A stretch of DNA of 64,000 nucleotides from a bacterium (GTDB lineage Bacteria > Patescibacteriota > Saccharimonadia > Saccharimonadales > JAUPVS01): NCBI GenBank assembly GCA_029780855.1, contig JAKOXV010000003.1, forward strand, positions 84,953 through 148,952, given 5' to 3'. Below the pieces are notes generated by a model. The model was not told where the DNA came from. It saw only the letters and a list, made by a program, of their open reading frames with translations, and made no database searches. Below, piece by piece: positions 46,930-56,926 of this stretch; position 1 is the first letter of the stretch; each line of letters starts with the position of its first letter. The translations under genes and the position numbers were made by a program.

Positions 46930-49900
46930 CTACGGTGCCTGCCCTACTCCATTTACGACCGTGTCGGATAGAGCTGCATAGTTGAAGGGGTGGATGTTTC
47001 CGGGTTTGTAATTGTCAGGTGCGGCGCTTGCCCAGTCAATTACCGTAAAGCCCTTGGAGCTCGCCAGGCGGTTCAGTATGTCATTCATAGCTGGATACTG
47101 GCTTCCGGAGTCAGCGGTTGAATACAGGTTAGTCCAGTAGATCTTGGTGTTTGGATTTAAGCCCTTTATTTTATCGATCAGCGCTGAAACATTCCCTTCA
47201 AATGCTGGATCTCCAGGGTCATTGGTGCCCAGCCCTACCACGACTACGCCGGCGTTTTTGACGATATCCTGATCCTGGTCGACCTGCGTAAAGCCACCAG
47301 GCGTAGGACCGCTGCTGCCGGTTCCGCCACAACCAGGACCACTTAGGTCAGTTTTAAGGTGTCGGCCACAGAGTGCTGATATGTCGATCTTTCGCCAACC
47401 TTTTTGGGTCAGTTTATCGTTGAGTGAGCCGCTATCACGCATTCCAACGGTTAGTGAATCACCAAGAACATAAATGTTACTGTTTTGTGCACCGGAACTG
47501 GCCGAATCTTTGGTGGGGTTAGCTAGGTCTTGGGTAAGGATTTCTACCGAGGTTGCATCCAGCCCTTTATATATGCGGTAGTGCAGGGCTTCATCGGTGG
47601 AAAGCGAGGCTACGCTACAATCTGCATCTTCTTTTACCCGTTTGTTGGCATCGTACTGACTGGCGTCGGTAAAACACTTCTGGTACTTGTTATCGAGGTC
47701 GGCGATGTTGTAGTGAGCTTTTATATAGGCTTCATTACCGGAGAGTGAAAAATCTTCATCGGTTTTCATTTTGTTGATTTCGTCTTGCGAATAGCCCCAT
47801 TGCAACATTCCGTAGTGTGGGTCGTAACCATTTGCTTCAGCCGCCAGTGCTGGTTTGGTTACAAAAGAGAATGGCATAGATAAGGTGCGCAGTGAAAAAA
47901 TAGAACCGATCTTCATGAAACCAGTCCGTAAGGTATTTGATATACCCAGCAAGCTGGTGGGGGTTTGGGCAACCACGCTACCGGTTATTGAGTACGGGTT
48001 GTGTATAGAGAAGTACCGAGCGAATACGCTTTGTCGTGCCCAGTGATCTTTTAGATCCTGGCGGCTGGCGGCATCTGCAACTAACGTTTCCTGTTCAGTC
48101 ATTGGCCGGCCGTATAGGCTAGTGCGGATAGATTGGTTCTGGGCTACATCGGTACCAATACTTGCCCGTTCATAGTAGTCAGCGCCCTTCTCCATTCCAG
48201 TAAAGGACTGGTTTGATACAGCCATGCTGACATACTGCAGACCCAGGGCATAGAGGCTCATACCGCCGAGTGTCAACATTCCCTTTGCGGAGAATACGCC
48301 TCTCGCGCTACTGACGACCGACTTGCCCAATTCATTGATGATAATTGTCGCCATGCCCTTGCCACCTTCTTCTTTAGCAACTGCGGCTTCGGGACCAGTG
48401 AGCACACCAATCGCAGTGGTGACCGCAACCTCTGCTACGACTCCAGCGATTAGACCCTCAGGACTGAGGAGTGCATTACAAAACTGTTTATCTACTTGAT
48501 CAGTGGCACCGCCAATTAAACCGCCGAAACCAGGGATATTCTTTGCGACTCCGGTTAAACCGCCAGAAGCTAGAAATGTGGGACTGGTTACGGCATTGAT
48601 GATGTTAGTCAAGGTGCTGCTGGCGCCGCCCGGCTCCAGCCTGGGCGCCTGAAAGTTTTCCGGATACGTCGGAGTTTGGTTGCTATTAACCTGGTACTGG
48701 TATGCAGGTGAAGCTTCTGCATCGGCAAGCTGTACGCTGCCGGCTCCTATGGCGTTACTCAAACCACCGGCGTCACCATAGCCGGTTTTGGCTTGGTCGC
48801 CCATGGCAGTTACATGTAACCCTTCCCGGGCTGCGTTATCCATGTTGGATCTGGCGGCTTCTTCTAAGCGGTCAGGACTAAATGCTTCGTGAGCCATACA
48901 GGCCATGGAGGCAACAATAGTGGCGGTTCCTACTTTGCTGGCAACATCGGCCACTTTGGTTGCGGTTTGGGTATTAGCGGTGAATGATTTTTGGGCGGCT
49001 TCATAGAGTTCAGGCGGGTATGGTTTACCACGGTCATCGAGGAATTTACGGATTTTATCGGGATTTGTAAGGTCGTCTTTGGTTTGATCAACAATATCAA
49101 TACCGGTGTCAGCAGGTACTTTGCCCTCCGTGACTTTTTGGTTGGCTTCCACTAAATTTTCTGTTTGAGCTTTTACTTCACTTAAACCAACAAAGTTTCT
49201 GGCTGCTTGCCGCCACGCAGAAAAGTCAAAACCGATATTTTTGGCCACCGTATCAAACGCCGCGCTCCGGATGTAGCGTTCTGAAAACGCCTCATTATCG
49301 CTCACTACAGACTTAACGCTATCAACGAACTTTGAGCGAACCTGGGCACGTTCCCTAAAATTACTAATCTTGCCAAGATCTGAATATGACTCGCCATGCC
49401 CAAGATCCCGGGCTACCGTATCTAGTGTCACTCGCCTATTCTCTATCTGCACTCCGTTGACGTTTCCGTCTCCATCGAACGTAAAGTTGAACTTGCCGTC
49501 GCTGCCCAAGGCGGCCAGGTCTCTGTTGGGGTCTATTCCCCGTACTTTCTGCCACAGCGAGCGGTCAGCAAGCTCTAATGACCCGTTTCCGCGGGCCAAA
49601 GCACCATCAAACAAGTTTTGGGTGTTCCGCTCATTCATTATGCCGTTCAAGCGCGCATAGCCAGCTCCGGTGAGTACTTCAGAAAAATGGATCACCTTGA
49701 GTGACGACATCGCAATAAAGATAATTATGATCGCCGCCAGACTTAGAACGCCGGTGATTCCGAGTGCAAAAAAGCCCTTTTTACGGCGGTTACGGCGTTG
49801 CGTATTTGGCGGGGTGTCATTGTAGAAACCGCCACCATTTTCTAGATCGTCTTGCTCTTCCGATTCTGCTTCGGTGGTTGCTTCGCCAGTTCCGGCGTCT

Positions 49901-49959
49901 TCCTCGGCAAGCGCCAAGCCCGCTGCATCCAATCTATCTTGCTGGTCGGTATCGGCCAC
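46930..49959 (-). CDS. 1009-aa membrane protein with an acidic N-terminus, a large unknown ectodomain and a C-terminal SGNH/GDSL hydrolase domain
   Basis: TM helix FFALGITGVLSLAAIIIIFIAM. Gly/Ala-rich hydrophobic segments occur around aa 470-600. The C-terminus has IYVLGDSLTVG (block I) and VVVGLGTNDPG (block III). Confidence 0.6.
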   Translation of the reverse strand: MADTDQQDRLDAAGLALAEEDAGTGEATTEAESEEQDDLENGGGFYNDTPPNTQRRNRRKKGFFALGITGVLSLAAIIIIFIAMSSLKVIHFSEVLTGAGYARLNGIMNERNTQNLFDGALARGNGSLELADRSLWQKVRGIDPNRDLAALGSDGKFNFTFDGDGNVNGVQIENRRVTLDTVARDLGHGESYSDLGKISNFRERAQVRSKFVDSVKSVVSDNEAFSERYIRSAAFDTVAKNIGFDFSAWRQAARNFVGLSEVKAQTENLVEANQKVTEGKVPADTGIDIVDQTKDDLTNPDKIRKFLDDRGKPYPPELYEAAQKSFTANTQTATKVADVASKVGTATIVASMACMAHEAFSPDRLEEAARSNMDNAAREGLHVTAMGDQAKTGYGDAGGLSNAIGAGSVQLADAEASPAYQYQVNSNQTPTYPENFQAPRLEPGGASSTLTNIINAVTSPTFLASGGLTGVAKNIPGFGGLIGGATDQVDKQFCNALLSPEGLIAGVVAEVAVTTAIGVLTGPEAAVAKEEGGKGMATIIINELGKSVVSSARGVFSAKGMLTLGGMSLYALGLQYVSMAVSNQSFTGMEKGADYYERASIGTDVAQNQSIRTSLYGRPMTEQETLVADAASRQDLKDHWARQSVFARYFSIHNPYSITGSVVAQTPTSLLGISNTLRTGFMKIGSIFSLRTLSMPFSFVTKPALAAEANGYDPHYGMLQWGYSQDEINKMKTDEDFSLSGNEAYIKAHYNIADLDNKYQKCFTDASQYDANKRVKEDADCSVASLSTDEALHYRIYKGLDATSVEILTQDLANPTKDSASSGAQNSNIYVLGDSLTVGMRDSGSLNDKLTQKGWRKIDISALCGRHLKTDLSGPGCGGTGSSGPTPGGFTQVDQDQDIVKNAGVVVVGLGTNDPGDPAFEGNVSALIDKIKGLNPNTKIYWTNLYSTADSGSQYPAMNDILNRLASSKGFTVIDWASAAPDNYKPGNIHPFNYAALSDTVVNGVGQAP

Positions 49960-49993
49960 GATGTTTCCTATAACTACCTTTATGTTTATTTAA

Positions 49994-51919
49994 TTATACA
50001 CCGGGGTATAATCTGTTTGCTAAATCTATAGTACCCTCAGGTTTATTTATTTCACCCTGCTGACCTGTAGCTGCCTGAACCTGTTGCGGATTAGTAGAAA
50101 TTAACCCGGTCTCTGTAGGACTGGCGGTAATCTGGATATGGACGTGGTTCTGGCCGGCAAAGAACAGGCCTTGCCCAACGGGGAACTGACTAAGCCGCTT
50201 CTTTTCTTCACTGGTAAGCTTAAATACGTCAGATAGTACATCCACCGCTGAAGGCGATTGCTTGAGCAGAAGCTGCATAGAAGCGTTGGCCACAATTGCG
50301 CGACCCATACGTGAACCCATAAAGTCTTCCACATCTTGAGAAATGGTGGTTACCCCCAGGTTGTATTTACGGGCCCGCTTAGCAAGACTAAACAGGAAGT
50401 TGGCTGAGTCTTCGTATTTCATAAGCTGCCACGCCTCGTCGACGATCAGGATGCGACGTTTTTGGTCGGTTTTGGTCTTGTTCCAGATGTAGTTGAGTAC
50501 GATATACATAGCAACCGGGCGGAGTTCATCCTCAAGATCGCGTACGTTAAAGACCACCATTGGGTTATCGATATCAATATTTGATTGCTGTGAAAAGATT
50601 CCCGCAAAGGTACCGCTCGTATACTTACGCAAACGCTGAGCTAACTGCGGTCCGGTGCCACCCATATGCAGTAGCGTGTCGTAGAGGTCAGTAATAGTTG
50701 GCGGTGTACCGGTGTGCGTAAGTGGGTCGTTGGTGATACCGGCTTTGGCGTACGTTTCAATCAGCGCAGCATCAAGGTCGGCTTCTTCTACCGGAGTAAG
50801 CGCGGGCGCTACCACCTGGTTACCAGCACCAGAGAGCATCTGTGCCTGTGCTCCGCCCATCATTAAGCGCAATAGACCGTGGAGCGTAATCAGGTTACTA
50901 CGGAGTGCGTTATCGGCCTCTTCTGTATCCACGACTTTTGGAAGATCAAATGGATTTATGCGGGTTGCGGAATTGAGGCTCAAGCGTACATATGCCCCGC
51001 CCACCGCATCACACATGCGCTGGTATTCGTTTTCTGGGTCAATAATAAACACTTCCGTACCAAACATCATGCTGCGGAGCGCCTCAAGCTTTACGGCAAA
51101 AGATTTACCAGCACCAGATTTTGCAAACACCGTAGAGTTGCTGTTTTCCAGGGTAAAGCGGTCAAAAATTACCAGCCCTGAGTTGTGCATATTTATGCCG
51201 TATAGGATTCCGTTGTCCTGGCTCAGATCGGCAGAGGTAAATGGAAAGCTCGTGCTGAGTGCGCCGGTGCTCATGTTGCGGCGGATTTGTAGCTGGTCGG
51301 TAAATTGCGGAATGGTACTATTGAGCGCTTGTTCTTGCTGGGAGGTGGCTGGCTTGGAGTACACGAGCTGCTGTCCCAAAATCGATTCCACTTTGTGGGA
51401 TACAAATTCCAGCTCATCCATACTGTTGGCATAAAGCGTGAAATACAGTCCAAACCGGAAAAAGCGTTCTTCACCCACCTGTAGTTTGTCGCGCATTTCT
51501 TCGGCGTCCATGATAGCGGCCTGTTTGCCTGGATCACGCACTCTTCCCTTTTCGGCGTCAATTTGCAGCCCTGCTTCAAGCTGACCTACTTTTTTACGAA
51601 GGTTTTCCAGAACAATCTGACTTTCAACCGGGTATATGAACATAGAAAGGTCGATCACCTCGTCAAGGTTTACCATACCACTCAACCAACCGGTGTACAG
51701 CTGGCGCGGGTAGCCAAAAACGTAGTACGTACGGGCAAAACGAGTACCAAGGTGAAAATAATTTGGCTTGAATTCTATGGAACTTGGCGCAATAAAGTCC
51801 CTAAGTGCCGTTATGCCCTTGCGAAACGCTTCCTCAACTTCCATTTGCTCGCGTTGCTGCTGGGCTTGTGCGAGTGATACGGGGTCTGTTGGAGGGTTTT
51901 GTTTTTTACCAAACGCCAT
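49994..51919 (-). CDS. virB4: VirB4/TrbE/PrgJ-family type IV secretion ATPase
   Basis: Walker A KSGAGKSF and Walker B ILIVDEAWQLM. The N-terminus has a FIAPSSIEF...RTYYVFGYP block typical of monoderm VirB4 homologues. Confidence 0.85.
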   Translation of the reverse strand: MAFGKKQNPPTDPVSLAQAQQQREQMEVEEAFRKGITALRDFIAPSSIEFKPNYFHLGTRFARTYYVFGYPRQLYTGWLSGMVNLDEVIDLSMFIYPVESQIVLENLRKKVGQLEAGLQIDAEKGRVRDPGKQAAIMDAEEMRDKLQVGEERFFRFGLYFTLYANSMDELEFVSHKVESILGQQLVYSKPATSQQEQALNSTIPQFTDQLQIRRNMSTGALSTSFPFTSADLSQDNGILYGINMHNSGLVIFDRFTLENSNSTVFAKSGAGKSFAVKLEALRSMMFGTEVFIIDPENEYQRMCDAVGGAYVRLSLNSATRINPFDLPKVVDTEEADNALRSNLITLHGLLRLMMGGAQAQMLSGAGNQVVAPALTPVEEADLDAALIETYAKAGITNDPLTHTGTPPTITDLYDTLLHMGGTGPQLAQRLRKYTSGTFAGIFSQQSNIDIDNPMVVFNVRDLEDELRPVAMYIVLNYIWNKTKTDQKRRILIVDEAWQLMKYEDSANFLFSLAKRARKYNLGVTTISQDVEDFMGSRMGRAIVANASMQLLLKQSPSAVDVLSDVFKLTSEEKKRLSQFPVGQGLFFAGQNHVHIQITASPTETGLISTNPQQVQAATGQQGEINKPEGTIDLANRLYPGV

Positions 51920-51921
51920 GG

Positions 51922-52851
51922 TTACTGTAAGTTCCTTTCCAGTTGCGGTTGTGGGGCGGCACCCTGACCCTTAGTAACTACCGGCGCAGTCAGATTATTG
52001 AAGTTCTTTAGTTGCTGCCGGGTGGCCGTATCAGGGTTATAGGTGTCATAGTACAGCTCGATCAGTTCTTGGGTATCAAGTGGCAAACCTTGTACACCAC
52101 ACTGCATAAGACCGCCCAGGACTGCCTGAACGCGGTTACGGAGTTCGGTTTTGGCTTGCTCTAGCTCACTTTCATTGATAGTTACGTGCTGCTCTTTGTT
52201 GTTGAACAGCCCGAACAGTCCGGTAAAGAAGCTCTTACTCTGCGTAATAGCCTTCTGAACATCGGCTACCGGAAAATATGGAATAACAATGTAGAACTTT
52301 TTATCCATAATGTTGGTTTGCACGGATAGGTCGGCCATAAAGTTGATGTAATCTTCCATGAGTAGTGCGAGCAGCATGTTATCGTGCTCGGTACGGATTT
52401 TATCCAGCTTATCTATGTAGGGCTGTAAATCCACTTTTTGGGAGCGGATGAAAATCTGAATTGGAAAGTACAGGGAATTTAAAAACCCCTGGTAGCCGTT
52501 TTCTACGGCTTCTTGTTCTTGGAGGCTCATAAGGTCATAGTTGATGCTTTTTAGCATTACGACAGACCTGAACGAACCGTCGTTCATAATCACTACACCA
52601 TCACGGATTTCGGTAATCTGCAGGGTGTTCTGTGTACTATTAGGGTTAGTCTTACTAGGGTGTAACGGTTGCCCCGGAGCGGGCGGTTGTACTGACCCGA
52701 CCGTTGCTTGCGTCTGCGGGTATTGTGCCTGGGGCTGAGGTTGAGGATACGGTTGTGGTGCGGGGGCGCTAGGTTGTGCGGGCAGAGGGTACCCTTGGTT
52801 TGGGTACTGATTTGGAACTGGCTGATTTGTGTTTGGCGCAGAAGGATTCAT
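51922..52851 (-). CDS. hypothetical protein with a Pro/Gln-rich N-terminus and a ~230-aa globular C-terminal domain
   Basis: 309 aa. It is 2 nt upstream of virB4 and probably translationally linked to it. No enzymatic motif is seen. Confidence 0.5.
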   Translation of the reverse strand: MNPSAPNTNQPVPNQYPNQGYPLPAQPSAPAPQPYPQPQPQAQYPQTQATVGSVQPPAPGQPLHPSKTNPNSTQNTLQITEIRDGVVIMNDGSFRSVVMLKSINYDLMSLQEQEAVENGYQGFLNSLYFPIQIFIRSQKVDLQPYIDKLDKIRTEHDNMLLALLMEDYINFMADLSVQTNIMDKKFYIVIPYFPVADVQKAITQSKSFFTGLFGLFNNKEQHVTINESELEQAKTELRNRVQAVLGGLMQCGVQGLPLDTQELIELYYDTYNPDTATRQQLKNFNNLTAPVVTKGQGAAPQPQLERNLQ

Positions 52852-52884
52852 TTATTAAAACCCACCCCTAACTTAAAATTTGAT

Positions 52885-53916
52885 CTAGCGGAGCGATACG
52901 ACAACTTCGTCCTCGGGAGGCTGTTTTTTATTAACCTGCCGCGATATCGTCGCAACCGTTAAATCATCACGATTAACATAGTTTAGTGTATCAGCCTTTT
53001 GTGTATCTGTCACCTCTGATGCAGCGTTCTTTTTGACAGCCTCTGCAGTAGTTTTTGCTTGTTCTTCCGGTGTAGGCAAAATACGCGTGTGGCCGTAAGC
53101 TAATCCTTTTACTTCCTTCTTTTGCTTATGAATTTTACTCAGCAACGCGTCTTCTTCCGCCTTGGAAACGGTCTGGGGTTGTGGCATGGGGTATGACTGC
53201 TGCGGTGCTTGGTAGGCGGGGGCCGATTGGGCTACGGGAGCGGGATGTTGCTGTGCGGTTCTGATCTGGTTCATTTGCTGAACAATCTGCTGGCGGTGCG
53301 CCTGGCTGGATGCTTGGGTGAGCTGCGTCATGTGCTGGGCTACGGGGTTATTCTGGTAGTCAAAAATATCATCGTTTACCGTGACATCAAGGTCGGGAAC
53401 TTGTGGAACAGAAACTGATTCCGGTGTTAGTAAGCGATCAGAACTTGGTTGTTCGGTGGCGTACGCGGGACTCTGGAACATGTTAATGTCCATACCCTTT
53501 ACTGCCCAACCACGGGTGTCAATTGTCTGTGCTAGCGCTTCAAGGCGACTTTTAACCTGATACTCGTTGAGACCATTCGTGAGAACCTGTTCAATCTTTT
53601 TGGGTGCAGTAATGGTGACCAGTTCCTGCAATCCAGATTGGTTCCATATGCGCGTTCGGGGCTTCAAGAAAAACCGTATTTTAGCCAGCAGCCAAACTTC
53701 AGAACTTTGATCATGCCCGAATGGAGCGGCCAGTACGGCAAATAGTAGCGCCGGTGGTAAGAACGGTAGCGCCAGTAGCGGCTGCACAAAGAACAGTCGG
53801 AACATAATAAACCCCAACACCACCACGATCACCGCATAAATGAACTGCCGTAAGGTTAGCGGCCCAAGTAGCTTATCTTCTGCCTCGATGTCTTGAATTA
53901 CTTTATATGTTGCCAT
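52885..53916 (-). CDS. PrgI-family (VirB3-like) membrane protein with a long Gln/Pro-rich C-terminal extension
   Basis: MATYKVIQDIEAEDKLLGPLTLRQFIYAVIVVVLGFIMF followed by a second TM helix is the PrgI-type N-terminus. I prefer the ATG at 53916 to the TTG at 53928. Confidence 0.65.
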   Translation of the reverse strand: MATYKVIQDIEAEDKLLGPLTLRQFIYAVIVVVLGFIMFRLFFVQPLLALPFLPPALLFAVLAAPFGHDQSSEVWLLAKIRFFLKPRTRIWNQSGLQELVTITAPKKIEQVLTNGLNEYQVKSRLEALAQTIDTRGWAVKGMDINMFQSPAYATEQPSSDRLLTPESVSVPQVPDLDVTVNDDIFDYQNNPVAQHMTQLTQASSQAHRQQIVQQMNQIRTAQQHPAPVAQSAPAYQAPQQSYPMPQPQTVSKAEEDALLSKIHKQKKEVKGLAYGHTRILPTPEEQAKTTAEAVKKNAASEVTDTQKADTLNYVNRDDLTVATISRQVNKKQPPEDEVVVSLR

Positions 53917-53931
53917 GGTTAGGTCCAACCC

Positions 53932-56847
53932 TTACTTCTCTTCTTGTGGTTCATTGCCTCGAATAATTTCATCAGTGCCTGGAGCGGCCCTTCTGCTAAG
54001 CCCTTTTTCGACAGATTTTCTTGCAGCCTCTATTTCATCGCTGGTAAGTGGACGATTACCAGCTTCATTCTGCCTATTCTTAACCTCAGAACTAACCAGT
54101 ATGTCCATAATGTTGCTTCGTAGGGAGGCGTTGTTGTATGACGCATATGCAGTCTCGAGCACTTGCCTAATCTCACCAGCTTTTGAGGATCCTCCGGTAA
54201 GGGCGTGGATCATAGTGTTACCAAGCATGTTGCCTTCACCAATCTTAAGACCCTTAGAGGAACCGATATCTTGGACACTCATCTTCTCGGCTTGCTCAAC
54301 TGCAGCGCGGCTGTCTGGTGCAACAGCTTTCCAGCCACCTTTTGTGGTCTTGCCATCTTTGCCCGTTACCTCTAGTTCGCTATCCCACACGGTGGAATAG
54401 CCAGTTTTGGTGAGCGCACCCGCTCTACCACCGGCAACTTCAGCAGAGGTCTTGAAGGTGTTACCCATTCCAGGCATTTCCCCGTTAAGCTGGTTGGCGA
54501 GAGTGGAAATTTCAGTTGCATCAGTGAAGCCCATTGAAGCTTTAGCGAGCCCTGCGGCACCGGCAATCGATGCTCGGCCGTACTCCTCGCTTCGGTGGGC
54601 GGCATACAAGAAGGAGGCATTGTTGCGGAGCTGTTCGGCCGCCATAACGGCGTTTCGGTCTATATCGCCCTTGCTGTCTCGCTTTTGTTCAAGTTGTTTT
54701 GCTAGGGTTTCAATTCCACCCTGGGTGCCATCCCATTTGGTAAGCGCTCCAAGTGCCTGATCATTCATGCCTGAGCGTGATAGAACGCCAGAGAGTTTTT
54801 CGGTTGCATCCCATTTGGACTGCCCAATTTGGCCCATAAGTGCAGCTCCGCCGGTGTAGCCAATTGCTCTTCCTACCTCGGATTTACCAAACCTAATCTT
54901 TGCGGCACTCTTGGGATCTACCATACTACTCGCAAGGCTGTTGTATTTTGCAAACCGGCTTCCTTCACCAAAGAGGCGACTCTCAGATGCCCTGGTTCCC
55001 AGTTCTTTGACCTGTTCGCCACGTTTTGCGGTGCGGCCACGGCGGAAGTTGCGGAGACGGTCAAACGCGCCCCGGCCACGGTCATTAACCATACCGGATA
55101 GGTTGGCGACTGCACCGCCAGATAACCTAATGGCATAAGGAAGGGCGAAGTACGGGCCAAAGTAACAAACAAATTTCACGAATGTTGCAAAGAAACCGGT
55201 TGGGTCAGAAAACGTTGCGTCAACTAACCCCGCAAAGCTACGTCCCATAGCAATAAACCCAACAATAATCGGGTACACAATCAAAGATCTGGAGAAAAAG
55301 TCGTACCAGAGTTTCCAACCTTTTTGGGTGTTCGGAAGTATGAACATAACGATTGCCAACGGCGCCACAATAACTAAGAACGCAATAATAACCTGACGTA
55401 ATACCAGTACAGCTAGGGCAATGATGACTCCAAGCGCGGCTGTAACGATGAAGCTAAGCATTCCAAGGCCACCCAAGATACCAAAGCCTGCAAGCAGTCC
55501 TAGACCTCCCACGGCGACTTGACCAGACCATACCTCAATACCATTGTTTGTGGCACTAAAAGCACGGGTGATTATATTTCCCACATCTGCGCCGATTACA
55601 TTGGTGGCATCAATTGCAAACTTCATCAATGGCCAAGAAAAGGTAATCATAATGACCGCGGCAATAATACGTGGCAGCACCTTTTTTACGGTGTAGGCAT
55701 CAAAAACCCCAAAACCTAATGCCTGGGAAATGACCATTACTAACCCAACAATCACTAGCAGACCTAATGCAATGGTTCTAAAGTTGCTCCAGGCATTGTA
55801 GAGAGAACTATTGCTAGACATTAACGTTCCGGTATCAAATTTGAGGGTATCACTAATCGCGGTGTCTAGCTTTTTGACCACATCTTGTGCAGCGTTAATA
55901 AGCCCACAGAACAGCCAGTTCAGCGGGTTAAGCCAATTAAGACCGTCGACGTGGCAAGTAATCCCCGTATCCCCATTGGCGTCAGTGCTTCCAGAAGCTC
56001 CCGCTTGCCCCACAGTGGCATCACTATAGGCGTTGCTAGGCATCGCAATCGGGTAATCTACGTCACTGTTCACTGCAGAATCGTTCGAGACAATCTTACA
56101 GTTCGCGTCACCAGAATTTGCAGTGTTGCTCCCACCATCCGCAAGTTCGTACATTCGCATGTTGTTACCCGAGACATAAATGTTATCTACACACGTTTTG
56201 TTTTGCTGGCTAAACTCTTTATCACGCATGTAGCGGTTAGGGTCAATTGTGGACTTGGTAAAATCCCAGTCACTATTATCATCAACACGGTGGATCACGT
56301 TCCCATCAGAGCTGTAGTAGTAAATAAAACTGTTTGGCTGCACGTTATTTAGAGATATGGAAACACTATTTGGGTCGCTGTTCTGACATTTTGTAGCAGT
56401 ATTTGAACTAAGAAAATCAACGTCAATCGTTGCCTTACTGAAATCGTAGGTGTTTTCTGCAGCGGTGCGCTTAGGGTCGGTGGTGCCTCGGTTGAGGTTT
56501 GCGAGAGTAAGTGTCGCATGACAGCTTGTGTGCCCGTCCGGGCTTAACCACCCAACCCCATTGAAGTTTGCCGAATCAACCGAGTTGCTATTGTTGCGAG
56601 AATTGGTTGAGGTAAATCGGACCACTTGAGAACCGATCTTTACATCGATGTTGCTGCGGTTTATCCAGGTACCGGAAGCGTTCTTAATATCGTCGTTACT
56701 AACTGCAGAAGCGTCTGCATGGGTTGAGTTATCCTGTGCGTTAGCAGTACCGGGCTTGAGGATCGGCAAGAAGATTGATGCTAGGAATCCCACCATCAGT
56801 ACATAAAAAAATACTTTCTTACTATTTCTTTTTGACGCTAGCTTCAT
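53932..56847 (-). CDS. VirB6/TrbL-like polytopic channel protein with large N-terminal ecto- and C-terminal soluble domains
   Basis: 971 aa. It has a signal/anchor, a ~330-aa Asn/Ser/Asp-rich ectodomain, ~7 TM helices (aa ~360-610) and a ~360-aa C-terminal domain. It sits immediately upstream of the PrgI-like gene, as VirB6 homologues do in monoderm T4SS operons. Confidence 0.55.
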   Translation of the reverse strand: MKLASKRNSKKVFFYVLMVGFLASIFLPILKPGTANAQDNSTHADASAVSNDDIKNASGTWINRSNIDVKIGSQVVRFTSTNSRNNSNSVDSANFNGVGWLSPDGHTSCHATLTLANLNRGTTDPKRTAAENTYDFSKATIDVDFLSSNTATKCQNSDPNSVSISLNNVQPNSFIYYYSSDGNVIHRVDDNSDWDFTKSTIDPNRYMRDKEFSQQNKTCVDNIYVSGNNMRMYELADGGSNTANSGDANCKIVSNDSAVNSDVDYPIAMPSNAYSDATVGQAGASGSTDANGDTGITCHVDGLNWLNPLNWLFCGLINAAQDVVKKLDTAISDTLKFDTGTLMSSNSSLYNAWSNFRTIALGLLVIVGLVMVISQALGFGVFDAYTVKKVLPRIIAAVIMITFSWPLMKFAIDATNVIGADVGNIITRAFSATNNGIEVWSGQVAVGGLGLLAGFGILGGLGMLSFIVTAALGVIIALAVLVLRQVIIAFLVIVAPLAIVMFILPNTQKGWKLWYDFFSRSLIVYPIIVGFIAMGRSFAGLVDATFSDPTGFFATFVKFVCYFGPYFALPYAIRLSGGAVANLSGMVNDRGRGAFDRLRNFRRGRTAKRGEQVKELGTRASESRLFGEGSRFAKYNSLASSMVDPKSAAKIRFGKSEVGRAIGYTGGAALMGQIGQSKWDATEKLSGVLSRSGMNDQALGALTKWDGTQGGIETLAKQLEQKRDSKGDIDRNAVMAAEQLRNNASFLYAAHRSEEYGRASIAGAAGLAKASMGFTDATEISTLANQLNGEMPGMGNTFKTSAEVAGGRAGALTKTGYSTVWDSELEVTGKDGKTTKGGWKAVAPDSRAAVEQAEKMSVQDIGSSKGLKIGEGNMLGNTMIHALTGGSSKAGEIRQVLETAYASYNNASLRSNIMDILVSSEVKNRQNEAGNRPLTSDEIEAARKSVEKGLSRRAAPGTDEIIRGNEPQEEK

Positions 56848-56926
56848 AATCTCTGTTCAGTATAGCAAAGACACTATAACTTAAACAGAATAATTTTACA
56901 GACGAATTCGCAAGTCTATACGGCTT

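Noticed and set aside
50712-51434. 240-aa plus-strand ORF (with others at 50879-51181 and 51563-51877) opposite virB4
   Set aside because: These lie antisense to a confidently identified VirB4 gene. They have a Ser/Ala/Arg-rich low-complexity translation and no RBS, which is typical of shadow ORFs in a long gene.
53915-56352. Several 70-160-aa plus-strand ORFs opposite the VirB6-like gene (53915-54400, 54407-54760, 55885-56352 and others)
   Set aside because: They are antisense shadows with biased composition. No independent start signals were seen.
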